Part shown: piece by piece, positions 33,049 to 41,323 of the stretch
Position numbering within the stretch: the stretch's first letter is position 1
Layout of the letters: every line of letters starts with the position of its first letter
Assembly (NCBI GenBank): GCA_903891365.1
Contig: CAITEG010000004.1
Span: forward strand, 1-44,008
Length of the DNA: 44,008 bases
DNA from: an uncultured bacterium
Lineage (GTDB): Bacteria > Patescibacteriota > Minisyncoccia > Phycocordibacterales > UBA9973
Reading direction: 5' to 3'
The notes under the pieces: generated by a model
Database searches by the model: none
Told to the model about the DNA's origin: nothing
The model's input: only the letters and a program-made list of their open reading frames with translations
Program-made: the position numbers and the translations under genes

Positions 33049-33228
33049 ATGGCAGGAAAATTATTTGGTAAGCCTATAGGGGATGTCATAAAACACCCAG
33101 GTTCTCTCACTCGTAAAGCAAAAGCTGCGGGGAAAAGTATAACCCAATACTGTGCTCAAGGAGGTCTTGATGGACACACAAAAAAACAGTGTTCTCTAGC
33201 TAAGACTATGAGATCTTGGCATAAATAA
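33049..33228 (+). CDS. small basic protein (59 aa)
   Basis: Own translation: MAGKLFGKPIGDVIKHPGSLTRKAKAAGKSITQYCAQGGLDGHTKKQCSLAKTMRSWHK. Below the track cut-off. Confidence 0.45.
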   Translation: MAGKLFGKPIGDVIKHPGSLTRKAKAAGKSITQYCAQGGLDGHTKKQCSLAKTMRSWHK

Positions 33229-33234
33229 TCAGCA

Positions 33235-33390
33235 ATGAATCCTCCACAGCAAGAAGGCCCAGGAACAACCGTCGACTCTGCAAAGAGTGGGCGTCTTGTC
33301 GTTGATGCAGGAGCGCGAGAATTAAAAGCAAAAAAGAAAAAATCTTTACAAGAAAGGGTCCGACAACAGTCAATGTCACCAGAGAATTAA
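33235..33390 (+). CDS. small protein (51 aa)
   Basis: Own translation: MNPPQQEGPGTTVDSAKSGRLVVDAGARELKAKKKKSLQERVRQQSMSPEN. Confidence 0.35.
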   Translation: MNPPQQEGPGTTVDSAKSGRLVVDAGARELKAKKKKSLQERVRQQSMSPEN

Positions 33391-33400
33391 CATTTTTATC

Positions 33401-33499
33401 ATGGCAAAAAGTAAAGCGAAAGCTAAAAAGACCAAGAAAAATCCAATCCTTAAGTGGATTAGTAAGACTTGGAAAAAGATAATTAAGATCAATATTTAA
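33401..33499 (+). CDS. very basic mini-protein (32 aa)
   Basis: Own translation: MAKSKAKAKKTKKNPILKWISKTWKKIIKINI. Confidence 0.35.
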   Translation: MAKSKAKAKKTKKNPILKWISKTWKKIIKINI

Positions 33500-33527
33500 T
33501 TACTAGGTACTAAGGTATATTGTATTT

Positions 33528-33704
33528 ATGGCAACAAAAAAGGAAGCGCGAAAAAATGCTCTCAAGGAAATGCTAGCTAATCGATTTAAGGGTGGAAAGA
33601 AAGACAAGTTTTCCAACCTTAAGGAGAAAATGAAAGAGTCCAAAGAGAACAAGAAAGAAGAGGCCTCAGAAACCCCTGCTTTCGAAAAGAGCGAGAAGGA
33701 CTAA
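33528..33704 (+). CDS. Lys/Glu-rich small protein (58 aa)
   Basis: Own translation: MATKKEARKNALKEMLANRFKGGKKDKFSNLKEKMKESKENKKEEASETPAFEKSEKD. Confidence 0.4.
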   Translation: MATKKEARKNALKEMLANRFKGGKKDKFSNLKEKMKESKENKKEEASETPAFEKSEKD

Positions 33705-33705
33705 C

Positions 33706-34128
33706 ATGGCTTTAACCCCTTCATTTTCGACGGGAGGGATGCCACGTCCTAGTAAAGGAAGCGTTGGTACGTCTGTTAGTTCCCTTCTCAAGACAAAGAT
33801 GCCCTCACTTAATAGGGGGTCTGGTATTAAAGGTACTGCGCTAAAAGGTGTTACTTTCCCTAAAGCAGGATCTATGAAGGCTGGTCCTAAACTTTCTACA
33901 AAAACTCGCAGTGGTGGAACTGTCAAAGCCCCTAAAACCACAATTAAACCCAGTTCCCTATCCTCGTCACTTAAATCACTTATAAGTGCTGCTAAAAAGT
34001 CACCTTCCCCTATGGGCGGCGCTGGTTTAGGAATGTCCTCCGGTGTGGGTGCCCCGGCAGCTACACCATCTCCGGCCTTCTTCGGACAACCTAATGCGGG
34101 CCCTGGAGGGATAGGTCTTGGAATGTAA
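33706..34128 (+). CDS. Lys/Ser/Gly-rich low-complexity protein (140 aa)
   Basis: ORF track. The start lies 1 nt after the previous stop. The C-terminus is Gly/Pro/Met-rich (SPSPMGGAGLGMSSGVGAPAATPSPAFFGQPNAGPGGIGLGM). Confidence 0.5.
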   Translation: MALTPSFSTGGMPRPSKGSVGTSVSSLLKTKMPSLNRGSGIKGTALKGVTFPKAGSMKAGPKLSTKTRSGGTVKAPKTTIKPSSLSSSLKSLISAAKKSPSPMGGAGLGMSSGVGAPAATPSPAFFGQPNAGPGGIGLGM

Positions 34129-34148
34129 CTAACGTATAATTTTTAAAT

Positions 34149-34391
34149 ATGGCAAAAACTGTTGATAATAAGAAGTCTAGCGAAATCGAAACACCTGAGT
34201 TTAACGAGATGGGTACGGCCCGTCCGTTTGAGAATATTGACTCCACTGCAGATGTGAAAGATAAACTTGCAAAAAAACTTGGTTATAAGAAAGGTGGTGC
34301 AATGCCTCCATTCATGACTCGCCCGTTTGCAGAATTTCAAGCATTGAAAAAGAAGCAAAACGCAGCGAAGAAAGCCGGCGATAAAGCATAA
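34149..34391 (+). CDS. small basic protein (80 aa)
   Basis: ORF track. Lys-rich, and followed directly by a strong terminator. Confidence 0.5.
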   Translation: MAKTVDNKKSSEIETPEFNEMGTARPFENIDSTADVKDKLAKKLGYKKGGAMPPFMTRPFAEFQALKKKQNAAKKAGDKA

Positions 34392-34420
34392 AAACAAACC
34401 CCGAAAGGGGTTTTGTTTTA
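34391..34420 (+). terminator. rho-independent terminator
   Basis: aaaacaaacccc (34391-34402), loop gaaa, ggggttttgtttt (34407-34419), including the U-tract. Confidence 0.8.
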
Positions 34421-34536
34421 TGGTACTGAGCTATTATTTGTCAAGAGCATCTCAATTGCTCCGACTATGAATAAAAATAAGTCGGGATAAATATTGTGCA
34501 CAGCAACTTATCCGTTTATCCAATAATGAATTAATT

Positions 34537-35217
34537 ATGATTGATCCTGTAACAGGACAAGAGGTTCCGGCAGGCGCCGGGCAGACCCAAGTTTCACCAA
34601 ACGCTCTTAAAGAGCTTGGAGATTTTAAACAGTTTTTTGAAGATATCTCCCCTTTACTTGAGAAGTTAAATGCTAGTCCAGATCTCGTTCAGGCTATTGT
34701 GTCTGACAAGATCAACGACGAATTTGCAAAGGCAGCTCTCGCAGGCAAGCTAACCGTCGAGGAAGCTCAAACAGCGACAGCAGCAGTCAAAGCAGTCGAA
34801 AAGGAACTAGGCACACAAGCTTTTAATACAGCATCTCCAGAAGAGATCTCAAAACTTGTGGAAGAAAAAGTTTCAGCTCTCGAGTCTAGATTAACTGAAA
34901 AAGACGAGATGAAACAATTTGAGAGTTATACTAGTCAGTTCATTTCAAATACTCCTGACTTCAAAGACTATTCGGAAGCAATTTCTGAATGGCTTGATGA
35001 ACATGATGTAACCGATGTTAAAGTCGCTTACTACGCAGTAAAAGGAGAACTTTCTGAAAAGAAAGCAAAAGAAATGGCTGATTCAGATGCTTCAGAGTAC
35101 GCTAAAAATGTCATGATGACTGCGGGTGGCGGAAATGTTCCAGCTAATGCTATCGTAGGTGGGCAACCTCTTATTGATACACTTATAGCTCCTCGAACAA
35201 ACCCAAATCGTTTCTAA
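34537..35217 (+). CDS. putative scaffolding protein (226 aa, acidic, helical)
   Basis: It lies immediately upstream of the capsid gene. Glu/Ala/Lys-rich coiled-coil composition. Confidence 0.5.
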   Translation: MIDPVTGQEVPAGAGQTQVSPNALKELGDFKQFFEDISPLLEKLNASPDLVQAIVSDKINDEFAKAALAGKLTVEEAQTATAAVKAVEKELGTQAFNTASPEEISKLVEEKVSALESRLTEKDEMKQFESYTSQFISNTPDFKDYSEAISEWLDEHDVTDVKVAYYAVKGELSEKKAKEMADSDASEYAKNVMMTAGGGNVPANAIVGGQPLIDTLIAPRTNPNRF

Positions 35218-35223
35218 CAATCC

Positions 35224-35252
35224 TTGACAAATTAATAGTTAATTATTAGTAA
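35224..35252 (+). promoter_or_regulatory. sigma-70-type promoter upstream of the capsid gene
   Basis: TTGACA (35224-35229), a 17-bp spacer, then TAGTAA (35247-35252). A 30-nt leader contains a repeated taacgtt. Confidence 0.45.
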
Positions 35253-35282
35253 CGTTATTAGTTAACGTTCGTAAACAAATTT

Positions 35283-36551
35283 ATGGCAGCATATCCGTTT
35301 TACAACGAACCGACTCATGACCAAGGGGTAGTCACAAATGCAGCGTCTAACGCAGCGCGAACTTCAGCCACATCAAGTGCTGAACAGCGCCTCGTTATCG
35401 ATGCAGTTGATAAGATCTTCCTTCTTGAACCGAACAAGCACCCTCTCGTAACCCTTCTGACGAATGTTGGAAAGGTATGGGATGGCAAGGCTTGGGTTGG
35501 TGCAGGAATCGCGAAAGCATCTACGACTAATCCTGAGTTCAAGTGGTTCGAAGATTACTATGGAGGCCGTTTCGGTTCCGTAGCAGTCGCTTATTCAACA
35601 GGTGATCCAGTGACAATCACTGTATCAGTTGTTGGTGCAGGTTCAAGCTCTGGTTATATCTTCACAGTAGGAGATGTAATCCGCAATGCTCGAACAGGTG
35701 AGAACATGATGGTCACGACAGTCGCGGCTACCACTATCGCTTGTTCCCGTGCATTCGGCACAACGGTAGCAACAGCCGGTCTCGCGGGAGACTCTCTTTT
35801 CATCATTGGCAATGCCTCTGAGGAAAATGCAGGAGCTCGTAACGTGAACACGACTCGTTCTACACCAAACACAAACTATACTCAGATCTTCAAGACTTCA
35901 ATCGCTCTTTCCAACACGGAAAAGGAGGTTAAGCTCTATGGTGGTCCTGATCTTCCGTATCAGCGCGCGAAGAAAGGCACCGAACACGCTCTCGATATCG
36001 AGCGCGCATTCTGGTGGGGTCAGAAATACTACGACACAGGAGTTGCAACTCAAGGTCATATCCGACGTGCAACAGGTGGCGTACTGGAATTCATCCAGGC
36101 TGGCAATTCATACGTTCAGAATCAGAATGGTCCTTTGACTGCTCCTGATTTCAACACCTTCCTCCGAGAAGGCTTCACGTATGGTAATAACGAGAAGATG
36201 CTCTTTGCATCTGGACTCGTTCTTCAGGCTATCAATGAAATGGCACGTGGCCAGATTCGTATCAAACCTGAAGAGAAGACCTATGGTATTCAGATTTCTG
36301 AATGGTTTACTCCGTTCGGCATGATCAATATCGTTCACAATCCTCTCTTCGTTGATGCGTACGCTTCGTATGCCTTCATGATGGACATGGAAAGCTTCCG
36401 TTACCGCTTCATGATGAACCGCGACACAGTTCTCCGCACCAATATTCAGGCGCCGGATGTCGATGGTCAAGTGGACGAGTATCTCTCGGAAGTCGGTCTC
36501 GAGCGCAAGCAAGCTCCGCGTCATGCGTTGCTTCTTGGTGTTACAGGCTAA
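35283..36551 (+). CDS. major capsid protein (HK97-fold class presumed)
   Basis: Size of 422 aa and position after the scaffold gene. The early PLVTLL and NPEFKWFED segments resemble coat proteins of the P22/SU10-type family as I remember them. A strong hairpin lies downstream. Confidence 0.7.
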   Translation: MAAYPFYNEPTHDQGVVTNAASNAARTSATSSAEQRLVIDAVDKIFLLEPNKHPLVTLLTNVGKVWDGKAWVGAGIAKASTTNPEFKWFEDYYGGRFGSVAVAYSTGDPVTITVSVVGAGSSSGYIFTVGDVIRNARTGENMMVTTVAATTIACSRAFGTTVATAGLAGDSLFIIGNASEENAGARNVNTTRSTPNTNYTQIFKTSIALSNTEKEVKLYGGPDLPYQRAKKGTEHALDIERAFWWGQKYYDTGVATQGHIRRATGGVLEFIQAGNSYVQNQNGPLTAPDFNTFLREGFTYGNNEKMLFASGLVLQAINEMARGQIRIKPEEKTYGIQISEWFTPFGMINIVHNPLFVDAYASYAFMMDMESFRYRFMMNRDTVLRTNIQAPDVDGQVDEYLSEVGLERKQAPRHALLLGVTG

Positions 36552-36636
36552 GCGAAATCAAATATATAGTCCTTCGTGTTTGTGGGACAAAAAATCACAA
36601 ACATCCGGTTCCAGAATACTTCGTAAGAAGTTTGGG

Positions 36637-36675
36637 GTCGGAGCAGAGGATAGTGCCTCTATCTTCTGCTCCGAC
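36637..36675 (+). terminator. 17-bp stem hairpin after the capsid gene (no U-tract)
   Basis: gtcggagcagaggatag (36637-36653), loop tgcct, ctatcttctgctccgac (36659-36675). All positions pair, with one G-U pair. Confidence 0.5.
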
Positions 36676-36737
36676 TCTACAGAGTTCCGGTCCGACAAAC
36701 CACGGGTCATTGGCTTATTAGTTAATCTTAAAAAATT

Positions 36738-37511
36738 ATGGCTTCATTAGAAGGAACATTCACCCGATACCTGCTTCGTCAGGGGGTGGTTGTACAAAAA
36801 ACGGGTACAGCTGGTAATCGACCAGTTGCTATTCGTATGCGATACAAAGGAACAGGTACAGTAACTTCCGTTACGACTGCAGCCGGTACTCTCGTTACAG
36901 TTTCAGTAGCAGGTACAGGACAGGCGACTGAAGGTACAAAGACTTATACCTTTGCATCTGACAGTCCTACCATTGCGTCTCTTGTTGGTAATATTAATGC
37001 AGACGGTATTTTCGAGGCGAAAGTCTTGGATGCTCTCAATGCTGATGTTACCCCGAGTTACTTCGTTACTGGTGCTATCACAGCAACCTACGATTCAAAC
37101 GGAGTTCGACAGTGGGACCTTACTGTAGATCCAAACGTTCAGCTTTCAGCTGGTGTTTATGGCATTACAGTTTGTCTTACAGGCAATCGTGAGTGGGACA
37201 ACAACTTCTTCACTCCAGAAAAGGTTGGTCAACATCGTGTTGTTCTTCAGGAAGTCGATTACTATGCAACGCTTGGTGGCGCAGCAGATAACCTAGTTCG
37301 TATATATGTACGACGTGGTCTTCCTGGTCACACTGAGACCCAAATCTTTGGTGCTCTCTCAGTAAGCGGTACTCTTACGGCAATTACATTTGCTTCTGGA
37401 CAGGGATTCATCTCTGGAAAGGATGGTGATGAAATTATCGTTCGCGTTCAGGATGGTACATCGATCTCTGATACAGCGCTCTTCCTACGTGCAACCGGTT
37501 ACCTCGAATAA
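36738..37511 (+). CDS. hypothetical structural protein (257 aa)
   Basis: ORF track. Thr/Gly/Val-rich, beta-type composition, directly after the capsid gene. Confidence 0.5.
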   Translation: MASLEGTFTRYLLRQGVVVQKTGTAGNRPVAIRMRYKGTGTVTSVTTAAGTLVTVSVAGTGQATEGTKTYTFASDSPTIASLVGNINADGIFEAKVLDALNADVTPSYFVTGAITATYDSNGVRQWDLTVDPNVQLSAGVYGITVCLTGNREWDNNFFTPEKVGQHRVVLQEVDYYATLGGAADNLVRIYVRRGLPGHTETQIFGALSVSGTLTAITFASGQGFISGKDGDEIIVRVQDGTSISDTALFLRATGYLE

Positions 37512-37617
37512 TATCGAGTAACTGTTGTATCTTAGTTAGTAAGGGGAAGTCTCTTTGGAGGTTTCCCTGAACTAGCCCGGATAAAAATTCGTGCTAATTA
37601 ATAAGTAATATAAAACT

Positions 37618-38109
37618 ATGAAGTTTATTTCAAGAAGTTCAAATTATATGGTTGTTTTAAAACCAGGGATACAAGGAAATCATTTGACAGGTCAGCCATC
37701 CGTTCCTGGACTTTATGTACGCTTCCGTGATGGTATTGCGGAAATCAAGGATGAGGAAATTATTAACCTCATGAAGAATAGTGAGGGTTTTAGAAATGGT
37801 GATTTTATAGCAGCCGATGAACAAGGTGCTGATCCATTTGCAGACACGAGGAGTCAACTTGAACCGACTCACGTTATTTCAGAAATAAAATATGGACACA
37901 TAGAAGGACGCAAAGCAAGTGAAACGCCAGTAAAGATTCCTGCCGCTGTCAAAAAATTGATTGAGGAAGAGGCTGTTAGAATGGCAAAAGCAATGCTTCC
38001 AGATCTACTAAAAGAGGCTATAAAAGAGATGACAAGTGCGGCCTCTATTGAACCAGAAAAGGTCTCAAAAGCAACTACCAAAAACGCTTCGGCTCCAACC
38101 GTTATCTAG
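37618..38109 (+). CDS. hypothetical protein (163 aa)
   Basis: ORF track. The upstream sequence TAATATAAAACTATG mirrors the leaderless context at 16003-16017. Confidence 0.5.
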   Translation: MKFISRSSNYMVVLKPGIQGNHLTGQPSVPGLYVRFRDGIAEIKDEEIINLMKNSEGFRNGDFIAADEQGADPFADTRSQLEPTHVISEIKYGHIEGRKASETPVKIPAAVKKLIEEEAVRMAKAMLPDLLKEAIKEMTSAASIEPEKVSKATTKNASAPTVI

Positions 38110-38189
38110 TAAGTAGACTTTGTACTAAAATGCACTCTCCATGGTGCAGACTTTAGTATTGTGTGTATATCAATTTAATTGTCTAAAAC

Positions 38190-39026
38190 ATGGACTGCAT
38201 CCCACAAAATTTCTACTATGACCCGATCCGACAAGGGACGGGTAAGGGTGTTTGGAACTGGTATTCTGGCGCTCCTTATCAGAATGGTGGATACCTAGTT
38301 CTCCTTAATGGGTCAGGTTATATGTTCTATGATTGCGGTAAAGGAAGCATCTCTTATGTTTTAAATATTCCTCACGATCCAACAGATTTTTCGGCTCGTC
38401 AATGGGGTCTTAGAAGTGGCGAAGATTATGTTCTATTTGATTTTAGTGGTGGAACATTCCAAGCAATTTCAGCTTCAACAAGAGGAACACGGACAGCTTC
38501 TTCAGTAATCGCATGGGATAGTACTTGGACTCAAACAGATACTACCTTTATGATTCGATGGGAAGCTGGAATGGCAACTTTCTATATCAACGGAATTGTT
38601 CGTGCAGTTCTTTCGGATGCTTCAATTCCTTATGGCCCAATGAGTCCATTTGTTCATAACAATGGAGCAGATTTGTTTATGATTGAAAGTGTTGTTGGGC
38701 AAGGTCTTCAGAGTTTGATTCTTGATCCTGTAGAAACTTCAAGTGATACTTCTAGTCCTTCTATTTCAACTCTACATGATAGTATGACTTCAAGTGAGGT
38801 TATTACTATCACAAACGCAACTCTTCCAGCAAATAGTGTTTCAGACACAATCTCAGCATCAAGTGATACTGTAACTGCAGCTGATTCACTTGATAAAGCA
38901 TCTTCAGTTTCTGAAACAACTTCAATGACTGAGAGTACTACAGCAGCAGTACAAATGACGTTCCTAAGATCTGTTGCTGACACAATTACAATAACTGACG
39001 TAATCTCTAATAGTCATACCGCCTAG
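38190..39026 (+). CDS. hypothetical structural protein: jelly-roll/lectin-like N-domain plus a Ser/Thr-rich tail
   Basis: The N-terminal ~170 aa has a beta-sandwich-like pattern (FMIRWEAGMATFYINGIV). The C-terminal ~100 aa is a Ser/Thr/Asp-rich region with SDT/DTIT repeats. Confidence 0.5.
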   Translation: MDCIPQNFYYDPIRQGTGKGVWNWYSGAPYQNGGYLVLLNGSGYMFYDCGKGSISYVLNIPHDPTDFSARQWGLRSGEDYVLFDFSGGTFQAISASTRGTRTASSVIAWDSTWTQTDTTFMIRWEAGMATFYINGIVRAVLSDASIPYGPMSPFVHNNGADLFMIESVVGQGLQSLILDPVETSSDTSSPSISTLHDSMTSSEVITITNATLPANSVSDTISASSDTVTAADSLDKASSVSETTSMTESTTAAVQMTFLRSVADTITITDVISNSHTA

Positions 39027-39028
39027 TT

Positions 39029-39295
39029 ATGGATCCTGCAACTCAATGCGATCATGATGTACTGATAGAACTTCGCACTGAGATGCGGATGATCCGACAG
39101 GATATAAAAGAACTAAAGGATGGTCTCTCCACCCGCGTGAATGATCACGAGAGTCGTATTCGTTCTCTTGAAACTCACGTTGGGGATGCTATTGCAGAAA
39201 GAAAAGGTTCAGATCGGGCGACTCGTTTGTATGGTGCAATTTTAATATTCGTAGTGGGAGTAGTTGAGTTCTTTATTAGCCATTATTATAGATAG
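39029..39295 (+). CDS. XhlA-like lysis-associated membrane protein (88 aa)
   Basis: N-terminal coiled coil (IELRTEMRMIRQDIKELKD...RIRSLE) and a C-terminal TM helix LYGAILIFVVGVVEFFI. It lies directly upstream of the endolysin, as in PBSX-type xhlA cassettes. Confidence 0.45.
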   Translation: MDPATQCDHDVLIELRTEMRMIRQDIKELKDGLSTRVNDHESRIRSLETHVGDAIAERKGSDRATRLYGAILIFVVGVVEFFISHYYR

Positions 39296-39299
39296 TTTT

Positions 39300-40376
39300 A
39301 TGGATAAACAAATTCCAGCGCTTGGAGCAGTTCCAAGCCCTCATGATTATAGGGATGATTATGCTAAGGTGGCGCTAGGAGCCCCTCAGACGGCTCCATT
39401 TGCCCTTCCAGCGAGTTTTGAGACCTCTATGCCTGGTCCAGTACTTATGCAGGCGCAAATCCCCGCCTGTGTGTCACACTCAGTAGCACAGGTACTCCAA
39501 CTCTACTGGTATAAAAAGACTGGTAAACTTATAGACTTTTCTCCTCGCTTCTTGGATGTACTGGCGAAGCGTTTTGACGGACAACCTTTAGATGGGGGGA
39601 CTATTCCACGCCTTGTTTTCAAACTTGCCGTAAAATACGGGTGTGCAACAACAGCAACTGTTCCAAATGATACAAGTTTATCTCTTGCACAATATCGAAA
39701 TGATTCTATTTTGACACCAGCAGCTTTTACAGAAGCGCTTCAACACAAAATTCCTGGATTCATCCGTGTTCCAGACAGCTTTGATGCAGTACGCCAAGCA
39801 GTGTATTTTCATGGTGCGGTATCAACTTTAATGGAAATTGGAAAAGAATGGTGGACAAACACTAGTGGAACAAGTTCATGGGTTGATTCAGAAATTGATC
39901 CATTAAGAATTCCTGTAGTTCAAGTTGGAGGTCATCAGATCGTAGTTAAAGGTTGGACTGATAATGATTTCAACACATTACGTAATTCATGGAGTGATAA
40001 GTGGGCAAATATTGGTGAGGCTAAATATGATTTCGCTAATTGGGCTCCGTATATTATAGAAGGTTGGACTGTAGCAGAAATTCCAGAAGATGTAAAAGAT
40101 TTTATGGCGACTCTTCCTGCTCCTACAGATTTCCATTACACCTGGAATACAAATATGAGTCTTGGGCAAACAAATGAGGACATTAAGTTCATGCAAATAG
40201 CCCTAATGATTCTTGGTTTCATTTCTCCGTTTGATCCTAGTCAACTTGGAATCTATGGACCTAAGACTGCGGTAGGTGTTTTGGCTTACCAGAAGTCAAA
40301 AAAGATAAATCCACCTTCAGCAAATAATGTTGGACCAATGACACGTGCTGCTTTGAACGCAGACTTCTCTATATAG
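39300..40376 (+). CDS. endolysin: papain-like (C1-type) cysteine peptidase domain + C-terminal PG_binding_1 domain
   Basis: Q-x5-C (QAQIPACVSHS), GGHQIVVKGW and LRNSWSDKWANIG reproduce the papain Gln/Cys/His/Asn-Trp signature. The C-terminus NEDIKFMQIALMILGF...GIYGPKTAVGVLAYQ...GPMTRAAL is PG_binding_1-like. I prefer the ATG at 39300, just after the upstream stop. Confidence 0.7.
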   Translation: MDKQIPALGAVPSPHDYRDDYAKVALGAPQTAPFALPASFETSMPGPVLMQAQIPACVSHSVAQVLQLYWYKKTGKLIDFSPRFLDVLAKRFDGQPLDGGTIPRLVFKLAVKYGCATTATVPNDTSLSLAQYRNDSILTPAAFTEALQHKIPGFIRVPDSFDAVRQAVYFHGAVSTLMEIGKEWWTNTSGTSSWVDSEIDPLRIPVVQVGGHQIVVKGWTDNDFNTLRNSWSDKWANIGEAKYDFANWAPYIIEGWTVAEIPEDVKDFMATLPAPTDFHYTWNTNMSLGQTNEDIKFMQIALMILGFISPFDPSQLGIYGPKTAVGVLAYQKSKKINPPSANNVGPMTRAALNADFSI

Positions 40377-40417
40377 ACTTACCTATACTTTAGGTATTAA
40401 TAACTAATATAAAAACA

Positions 40418-40630
40418 ATGGATTATTCAACTACACAGGCTGGAAATATTGCCGCTATTGCGGGTCTTCTGGTCATGATTGCTTCCCATTTTGGATATAC
40501 ATTTATCACTACAGCAGAAGTAGCGTCAATTATTGGTGCTCTCTTGACAGTTGGTGGTATTGTTGTCTCGTGGATTGATCAGGTGAAAAGTGGACATACG
40601 ACTGTTGCCGGCTTTAAAATCACTGGTTAA
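40418..40630 (+). CDS. holin-like protein (70 aa, two TM helices)
   Basis: IAAIAGLLVMIASHFGY and VASIIGALLTVGGIVVSWI. It lies adjacent to the endolysin. Confidence 0.6.
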   Translation: MDYSTTQAGNIAAIAGLLVMIASHFGYTFITTAEVASIIGALLTVGGIVVSWIDQVKSGHTTVAGFKITG

Positions 40631-40727
40631 TAGACTCAGATAATATAAGTAATAGCCCATTGCACCGTCAAATAAGCAGGTCGTAGACACCGCAATGGGA
40701 TAGTGTTAACACTAATTTTAAAAAATT

Positions 40728-41237
40728 ATGGCAAAGAAAGGTACAGATTCTCTAGGACTCAGAGGTTTCTTCCGAGTTCAGATTCTTGACGGCAGCAAGG
40801 TTGCTGGCGATTCAGGATGGATCGAGAATACAGTAACAAACCAGGGTAAGAATGATTATCTTCTTACGTGGCTCGTTACCGGTTCTGGTGGTAAGTTCGT
40901 CTCGTCTATGGGTCTTGGCACCGGTGGTGCTCCTGCAGCGGGTGATACTACCCTCTCAGGCGAGATCTTCGACAAGTCAACAAACGGTACGACTAACTCT
41001 CGTGCAGCTGTTTCGACTTCGATCAACACCCTTACACAGGCTCAGTTTACTGCCGCTTTCAACAGCGCAAACTCGTTCGTTACTGCTTCTCACAACATCT
41101 CGAACGTTGGTTTGTTCAATACCTACCTCACCTCATTGGCGAACGCAGGTACGCTCTTCGCAGGTAATACATTTACCTCGAGTTCTGTAGCAACGAACCA
41201 GTCAGTGCAAGTCACATACCAGGTCAACCTATCATAA
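40728..41237 (+). CDS. hypothetical structural protein (169 aa)
   Basis: ORF track. Gly/Thr/Ser/Asn-rich beta composition, followed by a terminator. Confidence 0.5.
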   Translation: MAKKGTDSLGLRGFFRVQILDGSKVAGDSGWIENTVTNQGKNDYLLTWLVTGSGGKFVSSMGLGTGGAPAAGDTTLSGEIFDKSTNGTTNSRAAVSTSINTLTQAQFTAAFNSANSFVTASHNISNVGLFNTYLTSLANAGTLFAGNTFTSSSVATNQSVQVTYQVNLS

Positions 41238-41256
41238 GGTTAATCAGGTTTGTAAG

Positions 41257-41291
41257 AAACAAACACCTCTTGACGAGGTGTTTGTTTTTGT
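41257..41291 (+). terminator. rho-independent terminator
   Basis: aaacaaacacctc (41257-41269), loop ttgac, gaggtgtttgttt (41275-41287), then ttgt. Confidence 0.75.
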
Positions 41292-41323
41292 ATATGATAA
41301 AGAGATATTAATAACAATCGTCT

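Noticed and set aside
33666-33941. A minus-strand 91-aa ORF in the head module.
   Set aside because: It is antisense to the 140-aa Lys/Ser/Gly-rich plus-strand ORF, which fits the operon with a 1-nt gap to the upstream stop.
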